Below, piece after piece: positions 60,998 to 64,000 of a stretch of 64,000 bases of DNA; positions within the stretch are counted from its first letter, which is position 1; each line of letters starts with the position of its first letter. A model generated the notes under the pieces. It was not told the origin of the DNA. It was given only the letters and a program-made list of their open reading frames with translations, and searched no databases. The position numbers and the translations under genes are program-made. The DNA is from Monocercomonoides exilis PA203 (taxonomy: Eukaryota; Protista; Preaxostyla). The stretch is taken from NCBI GenBank assembly GCA_001643675.2, contig LSRY02000044.1, forward strand, positions 558,001 to 622,000, read 5' to 3'.

Positions 60998-63884
60998 TCA
61001 TTTGTCCTTTGCAAGTTCCATACGGCAATAAGGGCATACGCCACTCTTAAGGATCCAATCAACGGAACATCCTGTGTGGAAATAATGCCCGCCTATTGAA
61101 TCAATCAACAAAATAAATAAATAAATAAATAAATTAGAATATTAATATAAAAAATACAAAAAAAGATTAATTTGTTTCAATGAATATTTTGAAAAACAAC
61201 ATTTTCATTAAAATAACATAAAATAAAATAAAATAAAATAAAATAAAATAAAAACAAAATAGATAAATAAATAAATAATACATCTTTCTATTTAATAGCA
61301 CACATTTATTCAAATACGTGACAGCATCGCCAACTCCAAATGGAAGCAGGCAAATTGGACAATCTGTGGCCACAATTGTCTTCGTTGTTTGCTTCGATTC
61401 ATGTCTCTCATCAGATTCATTCATTGTTTTTTCTTTCTCTTGTTTCTCGCTCTCAGAACAGCTTTCCTTTGAAGAAGAGGATAAAGAAGAAGAAGAAGAT
61501 GATGATGATGAGGAGGTGGTGGTGGAGGAAGATGAAATTGAAGATAATTCTTCGCTTTTACTTTTACCTCCCTCATCCATACACCCTTTCCACTCCTCAC
61601 TCTCAAACACCATAAACCTTATCCCCATCGTCAATATCCTCTTCTTCTTCCTCTCTTCCTCCTCTTCCTCTTCTTTCCTCCTCCTCTCCGCCTCTTCAAA
61701 CGCCTTCCTCTGCCTCCTCTCCTCGTCTTCTGACAGAGCTGCCAATGAAAGTGCCATCGCCTGCCTCATCTGCTCCTCAAACAATCTTTCGCTCTCTTCT
61801 TCTTCTGTTTCTCCTCCTCCTCCTTCTGCTTCTTTTGCTGTTACTGGCAGAGAAGAATGTCCCATTGTCTGCCCCATCTCCAGCGGAATGGCTAAAAACG
61901 GCGCTTCTTTCAGTGCAAAATATGGATGCATTTTGTTCTCTCTTTCTCCTCTTTCTCTTTCTCTTTCTTCTTCCATTTCTTCTCTTAAATAGATATCAAT
62001 TAATCGTGGTTTAATCATTTGTTGTTTGATATAATTAACCTTTGCCTTTTTCATATTGCTTCTGTTTGAATTGACTTTTCTTTCTTTGCTTTTTCTTTTG
62101 TTTTTATTTCCTTCTTCAATTTTCTTTTCTTCATCACTTATTCCATTCCCAAATTCATCATCATCATCTTCTTCTTCATCGTCATCGTCATCGTCGTCAT
62201 CATCATCAAATATAACTCTTTCTCTTCCAGGTGAATTATCCTTAATCTTAATTGCTTCTTTTCCTCTCCTCAAGTTCCCTCTTTTGTTTCCTTCTTCTTT
62301 TATTCCTCTTCCTCTTCCTCTTCCTCTCAACTCCACTCCAACACTTCTGCCTCTTCCTCCTCCTCTTCCTCCTCCTCCCCTTCCTCTCCCTCTTCCTCTT
62401 CCCCTTCCCCTTCCTCTCCCTCTTTGCCCTTGTATTTCTTCCGCTCCTTCTCCTTCTCCTTCTCCTTCTCCTTCTTCCTCTTCCTCTTCCACATCCATCA
62501 TCAGCATTTTCAATTCTTTCTTCAATTCTTCATCAATATCTTCTTCTTCATCTTCTTCTTCATATTCTTCTTTCCTTCTCCTTAGTTCTTCTTCTTCTCC
62601 TCCTTCTTCTAAGTCTTCATCATCCTCATCAAGCAACAAATCTAACAGTTCATCATCATCTTCTTCTCCTTCTACTTCTTCCGTTTCTTCTTCTTCTTCC
62701 TCTTTTCTCCATTTCGCTGGCCTTTCAAGCATTTCCTTCAATTTTTTCCCTTTCCCCTTCAAATTTTCTCTTTCATTCTTCTTCTCTTTCTTCACAGCCA
62801 ATTTCACCTCTTCCTTTTTCGTTCCTCTTCTCGTCGCAGAAGTCGCTTTGCTCTTCGGCTTTGGTTGTTTCTTCATTTTATTGCTTTCTTTTCTCTGTGT
62901 CTGTTTTTTGTTCAACTTTGCTTTTAATTCACTGATCGGCTCTTGCTCTTTAAAACTCTCTTCAGAAGAGTCTAAATTGGACTTTTCTATTTTCATTGAT
63001 GAAGTGATGGGAATGTGTGATGAAGAAGAAGCAGGCAGATCATGGAATAGAACAGGTGATATTGGTGGAGAGGAAAAAGGAGATGGGAAGGAAGGAGATA
63101 AAGAAAGAGAAGGTTCTTGAAGTGATAATGTTGAATCCAGAGGCTGGGGGTGAATGTCTTTTGAAATTAAAGGAGGGCATGAAATGTCTGATGAAATTGC
63201 AGAAGAAGAAGAAGAAGAAGAAGAAGAAGGTGGAATTGAAGAGGAAGTATAAAACAATGAAGAAAGAGAATTCATTAATGAGTTAATAAAATTCGACGGT
63301 TTTGATCGAGAACTTGAAGTGTTAGATAAATCAGAAGGCAACGATGAAGTAGGAGTAGAAGACGAAGAACGAGGATTTGGAGAAGAAGAAAGAGGCAAAG
63401 ATGAAGGTTCTGAAATGGATGTTGAATTGGATTTTTCACTTAGGGAAATGGAATTGATGTGTGATGGAACAGATTGATTCATATTTTTTGATTCACGCTC
63501 CGTTAGATCTCCAGATAAAATGCTTGAAGTGAATTTCACTTGTTTGAAGGCCTTTTCCTTTTCAGGAGGATAATAATCACCATCTTTATCTGTGTTATCT
63601 TCATTTTCAGAAACGTTTGCTGGATCTGAATTCGGTAAATTCACAAAGGAAGAAGAAGATTTTATTCTTTTTTGTTCGTAGGGAGCATTTTCTTCTTCTT
63701 TTACACTGAAATCCCAAAATGACTCCTCATCATCATTCCTGCTCATATTTTCAGGACTTACAGATGAATACATAAACTTATAATCTTGATATCTCTTAGG
63801 AATTGTATGATTACGTCGTGAATTGCGTGTTGCATTCGCCGGCAATGACGTTATGTTTTCATTAACAGCATTATCAGAAATCAT
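60998..63884 (-). CDS. RING-H2 E3 ubiquitin ligase with a UIM-like motif, RG/RGG tract and acidic/Ser-rich regions
   Basis: Exons 63884-61304 and 61092-60998 (intron 61303-61093, GT-AG) complete CPIC-x13-CGHYFHTGC-x10-CPYC. UIM-like EEQMRQAMALSL. Start taken at the first ATG; an upstream exon is possible. Confidence 0.85.
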
Positions 63885-64000
63885 GCTTTTTTGCCTCGAT
63901 ATTATTTTTAAAAGTAAGATAAATCGTTGTTTTTTCTTTAAAAATATGGAAGATAAATTAAACAATGATCAAAAAATGCGCTAATGAAACTTGTTATTCA

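Noticed and set aside
61167-63965. Single-exon 932-aa ORF with a hydrophobic C-terminus
   Set aside because: The tail is translated intron sequence with TTTTA repeats. Splicing restores a complete RING-H2, and the listed start is a TTG.

Overview
Eukaryotic protist DNA read in the standard code. It has very AT-rich intergenic DNA, GT-AG introns and Ser/Glu-rich giant ORFs. The gene families look oxymonad (Monocercomonoides-like), which is my inference from recalled family motifs. Host genes: a >3,650-aa minus-strand gene running off the left edge, a GC-rich HIRA-C-terminal-like locus with a frameshift, a 4,394-aa single-pass receptor (9 beta-helix-like modules plus a degenerate kinase C-lobe), a 6-exon STE20 kinase and a UIM/RGG/RING-H2 E3 ligase. 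The 33.7-58.6 kb region is a nest of mobile DNA. The standout is a 4,405-bp element (35889-40293) with 647-bp terminal inverted repeats (TIRs). Each TIR carries a small basic ORF and a nested ~250-bp fold-back end. The TIRs enclose a single PrimPol + D5/SF3-type helicase gene flanked by iteron-like repeats, with no transposase, integrase, polymerase B or capsid gene. This resembles a minimal self-priming linear replicon or satellite. Also present: two hAT-like elements (8-bp TSDs) carrying host-gene fragments, a DIRS-type tyrosine recombinase pseudogene, a pogo-type DDE pseudogene, several MITE families and a 301-bp-arm fold-back.
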